Origin: a virus
Length of the DNA stretch: 64,000 nt
IMG/VR virus record: IMGVR_UViG_3300020416_001284
Location: 6,796-70,795 of that record
Strand: one strand, 5' to 3'
Both the position numbers and the translations under genes were made by a program. Positions 39,709 to 49,260 of the stretch are shown here, in pieces. The notes beneath the pieces are model-generated. The model saw nothing but the letters and a program-made list of their open reading frames with translations, had not been told where the DNA came from and did not search any database. How positions within the stretch are numbered: position 1 is the first letter of the stretch; each line of letters starts with the position of its first letter.

Positions 39709-40736
39709 TACTCTTCCTCCCTAACATCATAAGTAAAACCAGCAATTGAATAATCGGATTGATCGCCTGGATAATCTGCTGGAGATTCTCCCTCATATTC
39801 AGGAATATTTTTTTGAACATCTTTTCTTTCACCGTATATATGATAAAAACAATCAATTGGTTTATCATCTGCTTCCTTTACAACTATTCTTTGGTTATCA
39901 ACTTCCGCTATATTGAGATGAAAATGTCTATCTCCAATCGGTTGTAATTGCACAGTTATACTATCAGAATCAACTAAACCATTCCAATACTCAGGTAATT
40001 CTATCACATTCTTATCCTTAAGTCTACCTCTTACATATACATCAGATGTAGGGCCTTCTACACAAACATGTCTGAGTCGATGTCCTTCTTTAGATGGGTG
40101 CTTAATATCAAATGACTTTGCTCCACTAGATTTACCACTACATGGACTTACATTTCCAATAAAAATAGGAGCCTTCACAAAAGAACTAACTTTTCTCGCA
40201 CCATAATCAACAGAAAAACCTGATCTAACTTTATATCCTGTTTCATTACATGAACCTGTTCTAATCAATTGTCCAGTATGCATCTTCATCCCTACATGAG
40301 TAAACTCTCCTATTAGTTTTGTTCTAGGACTAACTATATCAATATCAGTATCATTAAGAATATTAATAACTAAAGAACTAACTTCTATTCCTACATGCCC
40401 CGCACCACGATCACCAAGCATCACATCGATAGGGTTAGGTGGAAGATTAGCTTTAGTTGTTACCTTAAAAATAGATTCAGCTTTTGCTTTAGGATTAGTT
40501 GCTGGATTAGGTCGTGCAACCATCAATGCTGCTTCAGGTTTATTAGGTCGAGGATATGAAAGAGGACTACCAACAAGAACAGCACCACTAGCAAATGCAG
40601 TTCCTGGAATAGCAGTCGGTCCTATTCCCAAACAAAGAGGATCTCTTTCTGCAAGGATAGGACTCCCTTCATTTCCTGCTTGGGCCGTAGCAACTTGTAA
40701 TTGACTTCCTACATGAACGTTTACAAATTCAGCCAT
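39708..40736 (-). CDS. Tail spike/fibre-associated protein with K.F.I.HP...L.H...EGP domain
   Basis: KSFDIKHPSKEGHRLRHVCVEGPTSDVYVRGRL. Confidence 0.6.
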   Translation of the reverse strand: MAEFVNVHVGSQLQVATAQAGNEGSPILAERDPLCLGIGPTAIPGTAFASGAVLVGSPLSYPRPNKPEAALMVARPNPATNPKAKAESIFKVTTKANLPPNPIDVMLGDRGAGHVGIEVSSLVINILNDTDIDIVSPRTKLIGEFTHVGMKMHTGQLIRTGSCNETGYKVRSGFSVDYGARKVSSFVKAPIFIGNVSPCSGKSSGAKSFDIKHPSKEGHRLRHVCVEGPTSDVYVRGRLKDKNVIELPEYWNGLVDSDSITVQLQPIGDRHFHLNIAEVDNQRIVVKEADDKPIDCFYHIYGERKDVQKNIPEYEGESPADYPGDQSDYSIAGFTYDVREEE

Positions 40737-41389
40737 TATCCTAAACTCCCTATTACTTTTGCCATTGCCTTATAAAATTGCTCCAGAGTAATATTACCTT
40801 GACCAGGAACTGTAAAGAAATCTCCACCTTCAATTAATTTCCAACTTCCTACATTAAATTCACATTTTCCTGGAGTATTAACTTCCATTTTTTCAGTTTC
40901 TACCTCAAAATTGTCACCAGACTGGAATGAAACAGTCCCAGCCTCTACATTAAATTTTGTATTTGCATTTACACTAACATATCCAGTTTTATCCCCATCA
41001 CCAGTTGCAATAAGATCAATAGACATGGCAGATAATCTTATTCTTCCTTTAGGAGCATGAATATTAATATCCCCATTCTCTGCATACCATACACCTGCTA
41101 CATCCTGAACTGGTACTTCTCCACAAGCAATCTGAAATGTAGAAGGAGCACTACAAATAATACTACCGTCAAGTTCTCCTCCTTGCTGTAACCCTATGTA
41201 TTGAGCACGTTTAAAAGGAGAAGGGAAAATACGACGAAGTTGAACAGCCATCTTGGCATTATTGGGATTGGTATGCCCATAATATGTTCCACCTTCAGTA
41301 GTATTAAACTGATTCTTCTTATAGATTTTAGTCTCCCCTTTATTTTGAGGAGCCTTTTTTTCCTGATGCTTCCAATAACTTTGTGTCAT
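40736..41389 (-). CDS. Baseplate spike beta-helix-like protein (gp5 C-terminal-like)
   Basis: AENGDINIHAPKGRIRLSAMSIDL beta-strand repeats; follows the gp5-like gene. Confidence 0.5.
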   Translation of the reverse strand: MTQSYWKHQEKKAPQNKGETKIYKKNQFNTTEGGTYYGHTNPNNAKMAVQLRRIFPSPFKRAQYIGLQQGGELDGSIICSAPSTFQIACGEVPVQDVAGVWYAENGDINIHAPKGRIRLSAMSIDLIATGDGDKTGYVSVNANTKFNVEAGTVSFQSGDNFEVETEKMEVNTPGKCEFNVGSWKLIEGGDFFTVPGQGNITLEQFYKAMAKVIGSLG

Positions 41390-44300
41390 TATGTTACCCT
41401 CGTTCTAGCATTAGGGCCTGAATTCCCAACACAGTCAATAACCTGCAGTACACTTGTTCCCTCAGGAAACTCATTAAAATTTTCTCTATGGAATTTCAAA
41501 ACAGGAATAAGAAAAGCATTAAGACCATTTTTAGTATTTATGTAAACCTCAGGAAGTTCTCTAAATCCAGAACCACATTTAGTTACTCTAATACTTAAAA
41601 TCCCGCCATCACATTCTTCAATAACTGCCTCTGCACCATTAGCAGGTTCAATTACCACCGTATCATCACAACAATTATAACCAAAACCAGGATTTGCTAC
41701 AATGATAGACTCTAAACAAGCAATAACTCTATAAGTATCACTTGGAGGACAGGTTGTAGGGACAATAGGTATACACTTACCACTACCAGCAGGATCTTTC
41801 ATATATCCTGGGGGACACGCATCAGGTACACATATACCATTTTCTTTATGTTGGCCTGGAGGACACTCATCGAAAGGTACACATACTCCATTTACTCTAT
41901 GCTCACCTGGAGGACAATCATCTGGTACACACCTCTGTTGTCTAACATCCCAATGCTCTCCTGGAGGGCAAGGATCGGGTCTACATACACCATTATCAAA
42001 ATAATATCCTGGAGGACACTCATCACCCTTTTCAGGACAATCAGGAGCAGTAACTAACACTCTCATATCATCACATACACCCCAGTCCTCATCATCTAAC
42101 TTATCTTGCATACATTGATCGACTGCCATTCCTGATGTCTCTAAGAAATTCCTAATATCACAATCACTAAAACCTAAATTCTTGGCATAGATATAATCCC
42201 TATCACAGGTAAATACAGGTTCCTCTGGACCAGTACCATCAGTATCCTTACTTGTAAATTTATTAATTCCAAATAATGATTTAGTATTACTTGCAACCAT
42301 TTCCTCATCATTTTGAAAAGGATTTAAAGAAGATGCAATTATCTCACCTTCACTGGGTTTCGCAGAATAAGATTGAGTAGTTACTTCGACTTCCTCTGTA
42401 GTAACTATATCAACCAAAGTAACTGTCTGTATAACCTCTCCACTATAAGAATCTCCTTGATCCCATGTTTTATCTTCAATCGTAAGGAAATCTAAAACCT
42501 GACCACTTATTCTAGGATTATCTCTCCACTTATATCTAATAGTAATATCTCCTGTTCCTTTAATAGTCCCACACGTACCATCAGCATTTTTTACAAAAAC
42601 AGCTTCTCCACTTAAAATTTGAAGTTCCGCATTTATATCAAATCCACCTGCAGAATCATCATCAAACTCAAGAAGTGTTGCAGTTGCCCATCGAACATCA
42701 CCTGGTGCTTTTAACCCCTGAAAAACAATACTATGATCCTGATTACGATTTTCTCTAAGCACTGTACTTACTTGAGTAATCATCTCACGCTCAGGTTTAG
42801 TACCTTTCCTAAGAACCCATGCTAATGCACCAGGATTATTCTTCCAACCCCTCCTACCATCAGGTTGAAATGCGTTTAAAATAGTACCTTCTATTGTTTT
42901 TGTAGTAGGAATTGGATTACCCTGTTCATCTGTATCAACTTCAATAGTAACTTCAAAAAATGTAGAATTATTATGAGATTTAAAGACAGTAGTTGATCCT
43001 AAGAATGTACCATCAAAAGTGATACTTCCTTGATTGTCTGCCTGAACCTCAAAATAATAATCACCAGACTCCTTAATTAAAGCAGACCATGTTCCAGTTT
43101 GAGGAGTATTACCTAATTCCTCAGTAACTGAAGGAAAAACTCCATAGTTCTGTAAGAAAGGAGACCATCCTTGAGAATCATTTATAACCCATGCCTCAGG
43201 ATCCTGTCTTCTTAACTCTGGTGCTACATGATACCACTCATCATAATCTATAGTAACTTTAGTAAATACATCCTCTCTATAACCAGCAACTCGATATATT
43301 AAATCCTTTAAACCTTCTCTTGGTTCTATTATCTGTGGTATATCACTTAAAGTATCCTGAATGAAAGTTCCTTTATACACTCCATCAAAATAGAACCACC
43401 ACTGTGCTGTTCCTGCAGGATAATCAGGATCAGTTCCATCAATTCTTTCCACATATGTAACATCTTTCACATAATAAGGATTATTAGGATCAGGAATAGC
43501 ATCCTCATAAGCCCTAGTACCTGGATCCACGAAGACTACATCAATTCCATCACCAAACAAACCACCCCATTGAATATCCGTCATATCTTGGGGTAATATT
43601 GACTCTCTTACAAGAGTAGATCCAGGTATCATATCTTCAGTAAAATTACGATCAATACAAACCTTTTGTTTTGCAGGTAATGTAATACAATCTCCCAGAT
43701 ATAAGGTAGCAACCTCACCGTAACTATAAGGAGTATCCCAATCCCCATTAGCACGATGAACAATTGTTTGACATCTATCAGCCCATGTCCTATTCATTCC
43801 ACCCCAGTCTCCATTCTTCCAAGGTTTATATCCCCATCCAGTTTCTTTTACTAGTACAGCAGTGACTCCAATACCCGTCTTGGGAATAACCTTACCTCCA
43901 AAATTACAAATAGGTGTAATCTTATCTCCTACGGAATAACCTTTTCCTCCATTTCTAACAGATACTCCAGTAATATTACCTTCCTGAGTTGATCTTACAA
44001 TATCAAAAGCTAATGAAGTTCCACTTCCACCTTTAGTTAATAAATTAGTGGTTCCCTCTCCATATCCAGTACCAGGATTCAATAATCTAATTGCAATAAC
44101 ACTACCATTCTCATTCACCCCAGTAACTTCTACTTGAGCATTCCTACAACTCATATTATCATCTGGTATTTGATCTATAATACAAATTTTACCTCCCATC
44201 TTAGGATGATTCTCACAATAATAATATAAAGTATCAGGTGCTGTTTGGGCCACTCCAATCTGCACATAAGATCCAGGTTTACCAGCTTCTCCTTCCTTAA

Positions 44301-47300
44301 CTACTCCAACAGTATATTCCACTCCACAATTACTAATAACTGTTTCAGTCGTTGTTCTAAAAGGATCATTAGAATTTGCAATAATCTCACCTGATGCTGG
44401 TGTTCCTTTAGGGGGAGCTCCTCCTTTCCTTAGAACCCATGCTAAAGCAGCTGGATTGCGATCATCTGCATCAGATTTAAGAGCAACTCCATGCTTATGT
44501 TTAGTTGCATTTTCGATGGAAGCAGTTATAGTATGTGTTCCAGTTCTTATAACCTCAACCTCCAAGAATTTAGAAACTCTATGAGGTCCATTTTTAAGAT
44601 CTATTCCTTGTTCATAGGTTTTAACGTCAGTTATAGTAACAGTATCTACTAAGTTAACGGCTTGTTCTACTATAGCATCTGGTTGCTTAGATGTATATGG
44701 TACGGTATGATCCTTGACCCATGTTATATCCTCGATGGTAAACGAATCAAGAGCAAATCCCTTACTGGATAGATCAGCCCATTCCAACTTAAGTGTTACA
44801 GGACCAGTTCCAGTAATACTTCTACCATCATCAGAAAACTTTCCGTTCCCGCCAGTAATAGTAATAGTAGCATTTGTATCAAATCCACCTGCAGGATCAT
44901 CATCAATCTGAAGGTATGTATCAGTTACTCGCTTAAGACCATCAGGATCCATCCCGTTGAAGATGATAGGATGAGTACTATTAATAGATTCAGTTTGTAC
45001 AGTAGATTCTATTTCTAAACTAGGAATAGGATCTGTTGCTCCCACATAAATCCCATCAAAAGTAATAGTTCCTCTATTATCTGCTTGTAATTCAAAAGTA
45101 TAAGTTCCTGGTCCCATCTCTTCATCAATCTCCACTTCCCACGTACCTTCATGACGTCCAGGTTCAGCTGGTTGTGTTCCAGGATATCTCCCATAAGTCT
45201 GTAGAAATGGAGACCATCCAAATTGGTCTGTTAGTACCCATGCATCAGCAGGTAAACCATCTTTAGCTAATGGCCACTCATCGGGATCATCTACTGTAGT
45301 AACTACATCACAGTTATGAATTCCATCTTCCTTTTCTGAGAATCTAAAAGGATGAATTTTAACCTCATCATACCAAAATGTATCAATTTCCTCTGTGTCT
45401 TCACCCCTTCTCAATTCTAATTCATCAACACCTACTTTAAGTATTAATCCATTAGAAGGTGATGACTGATCAAAAACATATGTCCTCCCTCTCTCTAAAG
45501 TATATCCATCTGAACATAAATTTCTCTGCACCATATTATCAATCATATACTTAGAGTTAATGATCTCATCATCTCTGCGATTATACTTAACAGAGACATT
45601 AAAAGTAGTAATCCCTGCACTAGGTGGAGGAGCATTACCAACTATTCTAAAGTTTGCGTTAGTTATTCCTCCAGTGGCAGTAAACTCATTACTAAGAACC
45701 AATGTATCATTTTTAATATCAGTAATAACAGTACCTTCTGGAAGAATATCCGTGTCTAGTACGGTTACTTCCATTCCTATTAAATCAGATGGTTCCAATC
45801 CACCTATAAGAGGTTCAAAATTATAATTCTCAACTGTATTACTTCCAGTTTCAACATTACCAACAAAATCTTGAACATTAGGATCTACATCCACAGGCCC
45901 TAAAACAGATTCTAATACTGCTCCTCTTCCACCTCCACACTCATCAGATACATGAACAAAAGGTGCTTCAGTATAATTACCACTCTCAATTATATCAATA
46001 CCCATTAATTGACCAAAATTTTCTTCTGCTGTACTTACGACAGGATTTCCTTTTGCACCTGATCCTTCTCCACCCCAAAAAGTAACACTAGGAGGTCCAC
46101 ATTCATCAGGGCCCATGTCCCCACATTCCTTCACAGTATCTTCAGCAATCTTTGAAGGATCAAATTTATACTTATAATCCCCAATATTAGTAGGAACTTT
46201 AGTTGCATCTTTAAATGTCTCTCCAACTTTTTTAGCTTTCTCAAAAATATTATCAGTATTTAAAGTAATCTTTACAGGAGCACCACCATCTAAAAGATTC
46301 CATTCTTTAACAACAGGATCTCCTGCTTTAGGAGTTACTTCACAATTTAAGATGTTCATTATAGAACTTAAAACATCCCCAATAGAGCCTAAAACATCGG
46401 TTGCTCCCCCCATAACATTAGAAATAGTTCCAATAGCACCTTCAATCAATGCAGACAACTGACCAACAACCTGCCCAACAAAATTAGAAACAAAATTTTC
46501 TATTAAACAACTGCTCGTATTTACTGCTTTATTAACAATTCCCATCAATCCTTGCCCAACCATATTAGGCATTTCAGATATTGCTAAATTAAAAGCACAA
46601 GAAGAAACTTTAATTGCCTTGTTTATTAATTCATTACTCGCAAACTTACCAGACAAAGGACCAGCGGCAGTGATCTTATTCATCATCTGGTTAATCATCC
46701 GCAGCACTTTTTTCTGTGCTTTCTTCATGACTGTATTAAGATAACCACTTATCAACTTTACTTGTTTCTTCAAGGTTGCAGAAATAGCCTCTACAGATCT
46801 CTCTGCATGATCCAGAGTCTCCAAACTTTGTCTAAGAATACTATTGTTCCCTATTAAACCTTTTTTTAATCTCTCAACATCTTTTATAGAATTCTCAATC
46901 GCTGCAGACATCCCACCTACAGTATTTTTCGCACCGTCTAATGTAGGAAATTGCCACTTTGCTTCCTCTCTAGGAGAGTTTTGATCGGCATCCCATTTTG
47001 ATATGGGTGAAAATCCAGACATTTCCCCTCCCAATGCCCTGGAATTACCTGTTTGAGTCTCAGGAAGGTTATACGCAGTATTAGTAGGATCAAATCCACT
47101 TTCTGCACTATACGGACTTCCTCCTTGTAAAGGAAGATCGGGAGTCATATTAGGAGCAATTCTTTCAATGAAGTACTCCCCTGTTTGCATATCTCTGCTT
47201 ACATATACAAAAGTACCACGAGGAAGCATCGGTAACCCCAGACATTCTCCTCTTAATCCTGAAGTAGTGAAAGGAGGATAAGCCCAAGGTAATGAACCTG

Positions 47301-47511
47301 GATCTGCATCTGCAGGATGCACCCCACAAATCATTATCTTAAATCGTGTAAGAAAAGGTTTCGCAGCAAAACCATCTGGTTTACTATATTTCTCTTCTTG
47401 CTGTGTTTTAATAAAACTTATGTCATCAGCAATCTGAGCCAGTTGCATTCTGCTCTGACCCAGTTGCTCCTCAACTAGTTTTCTTGCATATCTTTTAAGT
47501 TGAGTATCCAT
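41389..47511 (-). CDS. gp5-like baseplate hub protein, greatly extended (2040 aa) with PA14-like, cupredoxin-like and Cys-rich inserts
   Basis: N-terminal RFKIMICGVH...LPWA (gp5 OB-fold-like); G.GY spike repeats; two QADN.G.ITFDG modules; CPPG repeats; C-terminal QVIDCVG. Confidence 0.65.
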   Translation of the reverse strand: MDTQLKRYARKLVEEQLGQSRMQLAQIADDISFIKTQQEEKYSKPDGFAAKPFLTRFKIMICGVHPADADPGSLPWAYPPFTTSGLRGECLGLPMLPRGTFVYVSRDMQTGEYFIERIAPNMTPDLPLQGGSPYSAESGFDPTNTAYNLPETQTGNSRALGGEMSGFSPISKWDADQNSPREEAKWQFPTLDGAKNTVGGMSAAIENSIKDVERLKKGLIGNNSILRQSLETLDHAERSVEAISATLKKQVKLISGYLNTVMKKAQKKVLRMINQMMNKITAAGPLSGKFASNELINKAIKVSSCAFNLAISEMPNMVGQGLMGIVNKAVNTSSCLIENFVSNFVGQVVGQLSALIEGAIGTISNVMGGATDVLGSIGDVLSSIMNILNCEVTPKAGDPVVKEWNLLDGGAPVKITLNTDNIFEKAKKVGETFKDATKVPTNIGDYKYKFDPSKIAEDTVKECGDMGPDECGPPSVTFWGGEGSGAKGNPVVSTAEENFGQLMGIDIIESGNYTEAPFVHVSDECGGGRGAVLESVLGPVDVDPNVQDFVGNVETGSNTVENYNFEPLIGGLEPSDLIGMEVTVLDTDILPEGTVITDIKNDTLVLSNEFTATGGITNANFRIVGNAPPPSAGITTFNVSVKYNRRDDEIINSKYMIDNMVQRNLCSDGYTLERGRTYVFDQSSPSNGLILKVGVDELELRRGEDTEEIDTFWYDEVKIHPFRFSEKEDGIHNCDVVTTVDDPDEWPLAKDGLPADAWVLTDQFGWSPFLQTYGRYPGTQPAEPGRHEGTWEVEIDEEMGPGTYTFELQADNRGTITFDGIYVGATDPIPSLEIESTVQTESINSTHPIIFNGMDPDGLKRVTDTYLQIDDDPAGGFDTNATITITGGNGKFSDDGRSITGTGPVTLKLEWADLSSKGFALDSFTIEDITWVKDHTVPYTSKQPDAIVEQAVNLVDTVTITDVKTYEQGIDLKNGPHRVSKFLEVEVIRTGTHTITASIENATKHKHGVALKSDADDRNPAALAWVLRKGGAPPKGTPASGEIIANSNDPFRTTTETVISNCGVEYTVGVVKEGEAGKPGSYVQIGVAQTAPDTLYYYCENHPKMGGKICIIDQIPDDNMSCRNAQVEVTGVNENGSVIAIRLLNPGTGYGEGTTNLLTKGGSGTSLAFDIVRSTQEGNITGVSVRNGGKGYSVGDKITPICNFGGKVIPKTGIGVTAVLVKETGWGYKPWKNGDWGGMNRTWADRCQTIVHRANGDWDTPYSYGEVATLYLGDCITLPAKQKVCIDRNFTEDMIPGSTLVRESILPQDMTDIQWGGLFGDGIDVVFVDPGTRAYEDAIPDPNNPYYVKDVTYVERIDGTDPDYPAGTAQWWFYFDGVYKGTFIQDTLSDIPQIIEPREGLKDLIYRVAGYREDVFTKVTIDYDEWYHVAPELRRQDPEAWVINDSQGWSPFLQNYGVFPSVTEELGNTPQTGTWSALIKESGDYYFEVQADNQGSITFDGTFLGSTTVFKSHNNSTFFEVTIEVDTDEQGNPIPTTKTIEGTILNAFQPDGRRGWKNNPGALAWVLRKGTKPEREMITQVSTVLRENRNQDHSIVFQGLKAPGDVRWATATLLEFDDDSAGGFDINAELQILSGEAVFVKNADGTCGTIKGTGDITIRYKWRDNPRISGQVLDFLTIEDKTWDQGDSYSGEVIQTVTLVDIVTTEEVEVTTQSYSAKPSEGEIIASSLNPFQNDEEMVASNTKSLFGINKFTSKDTDGTGPEEPVFTCDRDYIYAKNLGFSDCDIRNFLETSGMAVDQCMQDKLDDEDWGVCDDMRVLVTAPDCPEKGDECPPGYYFDNGVCRPDPCPPGEHWDVRQQRCVPDDCPPGEHRVNGVCVPFDECPPGQHKENGICVPDACPPGYMKDPAGSGKCIPIVPTTCPPSDTYRVIACLESIIVANPGFGYNCCDDTVVIEPANGAEAVIEECDGGILSIRVTKCGSGFRELPEVYINTKNGLNAFLIPVLKFHRENFNEFPEGTSVLQVIDCVGNSGPNARTRVT
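41740..42022 (-). repeat. Cys-rich CPPG tandem peptide repeats (five full, one partial)
   Basis: ECPPGYYFDNGVCRPD, PCPPGEHWDVRQQRCVPD, DCPPGEHRVNGVCVP, ECPPGQHKENGICVPD, ACPPGYMKDPAGSGKCIP, TCPP. Confidence 0.85.
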
Positions 47512-47517
47512 TAGTTA

Positions 47518-47784
47518 TTATTCGTCGTATACTCTGCACTCAAATGCGTCTGGATGATTATCACAATAGACTTCTAGATGCTGATCCTCATGTCTTGTAT
47601 GATAATCATTAATCTTACCTTCATTAGTATTTACTTCATCACCTTTATGGTATTCATCATACTCTGCATGAACATCCTTAAGGTCTGCTTCACTATACTC
47701 TAACATACCATGATTGATATGCTCTTTACCATCTTTAGGGTCAAGATAAACTTCGTGCTCTAAATCGTGTTTTGGAGTAGTCAT
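47518..47784 (-). CDS. cp12: CP12 Calvin-cycle inhibitor (auxiliary metabolic gene)
   Basis: C-terminal LEVYCDNHPDAFECRVYDE; AGGAGG RBS. Confidence 0.9.
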   Translation of the reverse strand: MTTPKHDLEHEVYLDPKDGKEHINHGMLEYSEADLKDVHAEYDEYHKGDEVNTNEGKINDYHTRHEDQHLEVYCDNHPDAFECRVYDE

Positions 47785-47808
47785 ACTAGGCCTCCTAAGT
47801 ACTTATTC

Positions 47809-47817
47809 ATTATATCA
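47809..47817 (-). promoter_or_regulatory. Extended -10 promoter TGATATAAT for cp12
   Basis: TGnTATAAT on the minus strand, upstream of AGGAGG and the ATG. Confidence 0.55.
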
Positions 47818-49248
47818 TGAATTAGGGGATTTAACACCGAAAGCATCTCTTACTAAGTTTAATCCAGTAAAAGCCTTGGTTCCGTCACCATAATGACATA
47901 AATCCGCTATCATATATATACCACTATCCCGACGCTTACTTCCAGTTTGGGTTTTCTTTGTAGTCATTTCCTCGAATTCACAATAAATCAAATCACCTGC
48001 ATGTAAACTTAAATCTACATCTATAACAATCTCCGTAAACACATTCATCTTTTGTCTATAATTTTGATGTGACTGCTGGAAAGTAGTCTGTACATCATAA
48101 TTAAGTTCAGCTGTCTCTTCTACTTGTTTCTCTACAGTTTGTTGTCCCTTTACTGGAGCAAATGCTGCTCTAGTTCTTTCAATACCAAATAGTACCTTCT
48201 CCCCATCAGCATTCGTTCTATATTCTTTATTAAGTACAGGTAAAGTTCTTCCTGCAGTAACTCCATTACCTTTACTCTTCCCCTCTCCATCCGTTTCTAC
48301 AAATAATTCATTATACTTATACTGTTCTTCTGGTGCTAAATTTGGATTATAAACTTCCAATACAGTTCCTCTAGCAGATGATTCAAATTCTGCTAGAGCA
48401 TTAACACTTCTTTGATTAAAGGAAAATAAAATCTTACCATCAGCAGGAGCAGGTCCACCCTCCCCATTCAAAGGAGCAATTAAAGGAAGTTCTTCATCTG
48501 CTGAAGCCTTTTTATTTTCAACAAATGTTTTAATGTCTTTATTAGTCATATCAAATAATTTATCAAGAGATTTAAAATGAAATCCCGTTGATGTTTGCCA
48601 AAAAAGATACCCTGCAGTTTTTCCTGTAGGACTCTTACCTTCTGAGGTTTGTACCTTTTCAGGAATAGCAAGTTTTTGAAGATCTAAAATCATATCAAAA
48701 GGATATCTTTCATTACCCCATTCATGATATTGATTCTCAGTGGGATCAATATCTATGCGATTCGCTGATCTTAAATCTCCCTTAAAGATAGTGTTCACAA
48801 GTTCAGATATCTTTCCACTATAGTGTCTCCTACACCTATTCCTAACCAGAGTATTATCAAATGCTTCTTTACCCACAGCTGTTATAATAAAAGTTTGATT
48901 CTGAAAAGATTGTTTAGAAGAGAGTACACTCGCTAATCTTAAATCTAAACCATCCTCATTTGCTAAACTCACCTTATTACCTTTCATATCTTCTATTTCA
49001 AATACTATTTCTTCGGTTCCTGTACCAAATTCACCATCCAATAAACCAACAGCCTCCCCATCCTCATCTTTATCAGGCACAGTATTACCAGTATCAGCCA
49101 AATAACCAGTCACTTCAATATAAGGAGAAAAAATACTTTCCCTATATTCAAGACGAGCAGTACCTGCCCTGAGATCTATTGTCTCTTCAGGGTTGATATT
49201 AGATTTAATCTCAAACCAATTAAATTTTAAGGATTCCTTTACTGCCAT
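47815..49248 (-). CDS. Baseplate hub-like protein (gp27-like position)
   Basis: YRESIFSP...DTG, AGYLFWQT..GFHFKSLDKL, LHAGDLI, SGIYMIADLCH. Confidence 0.55.
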   Translation of the reverse strand: MAVKESLKFNWFEIKSNINPEETIDLRAGTARLEYRESIFSPYIEVTGYLADTGNTVPDKDEDGEAVGLLDGEFGTGTEEIVFEIEDMKGNKVSLANEDGLDLRLASVLSSKQSFQNQTFIITAVGKEAFDNTLVRNRCRRHYSGKISELVNTIFKGDLRSANRIDIDPTENQYHEWGNERYPFDMILDLQKLAIPEKVQTSEGKSPTGKTAGYLFWQTSTGFHFKSLDKLFDMTNKDIKTFVENKKASADEELPLIAPLNGEGGPAPADGKILFSFNQRSVNALAEFESSARGTVLEVYNPNLAPEEQYKYNELFVETDGEGKSKGNGVTAGRTLPVLNKEYRTNADGEKVLFGIERTRAAFAPVKGQQTVEKQVEETAELNYDVQTTFQQSHQNYRQKMNVFTEIVIDVDLSLHAGDLIYCEFEEMTTKKTQTGSKRRDSGIYMIADLCHYGDGTKAFTGLNLVRDAFGVKSPNS

Positions 49249-49260
49249 ATATCTTTTTTA

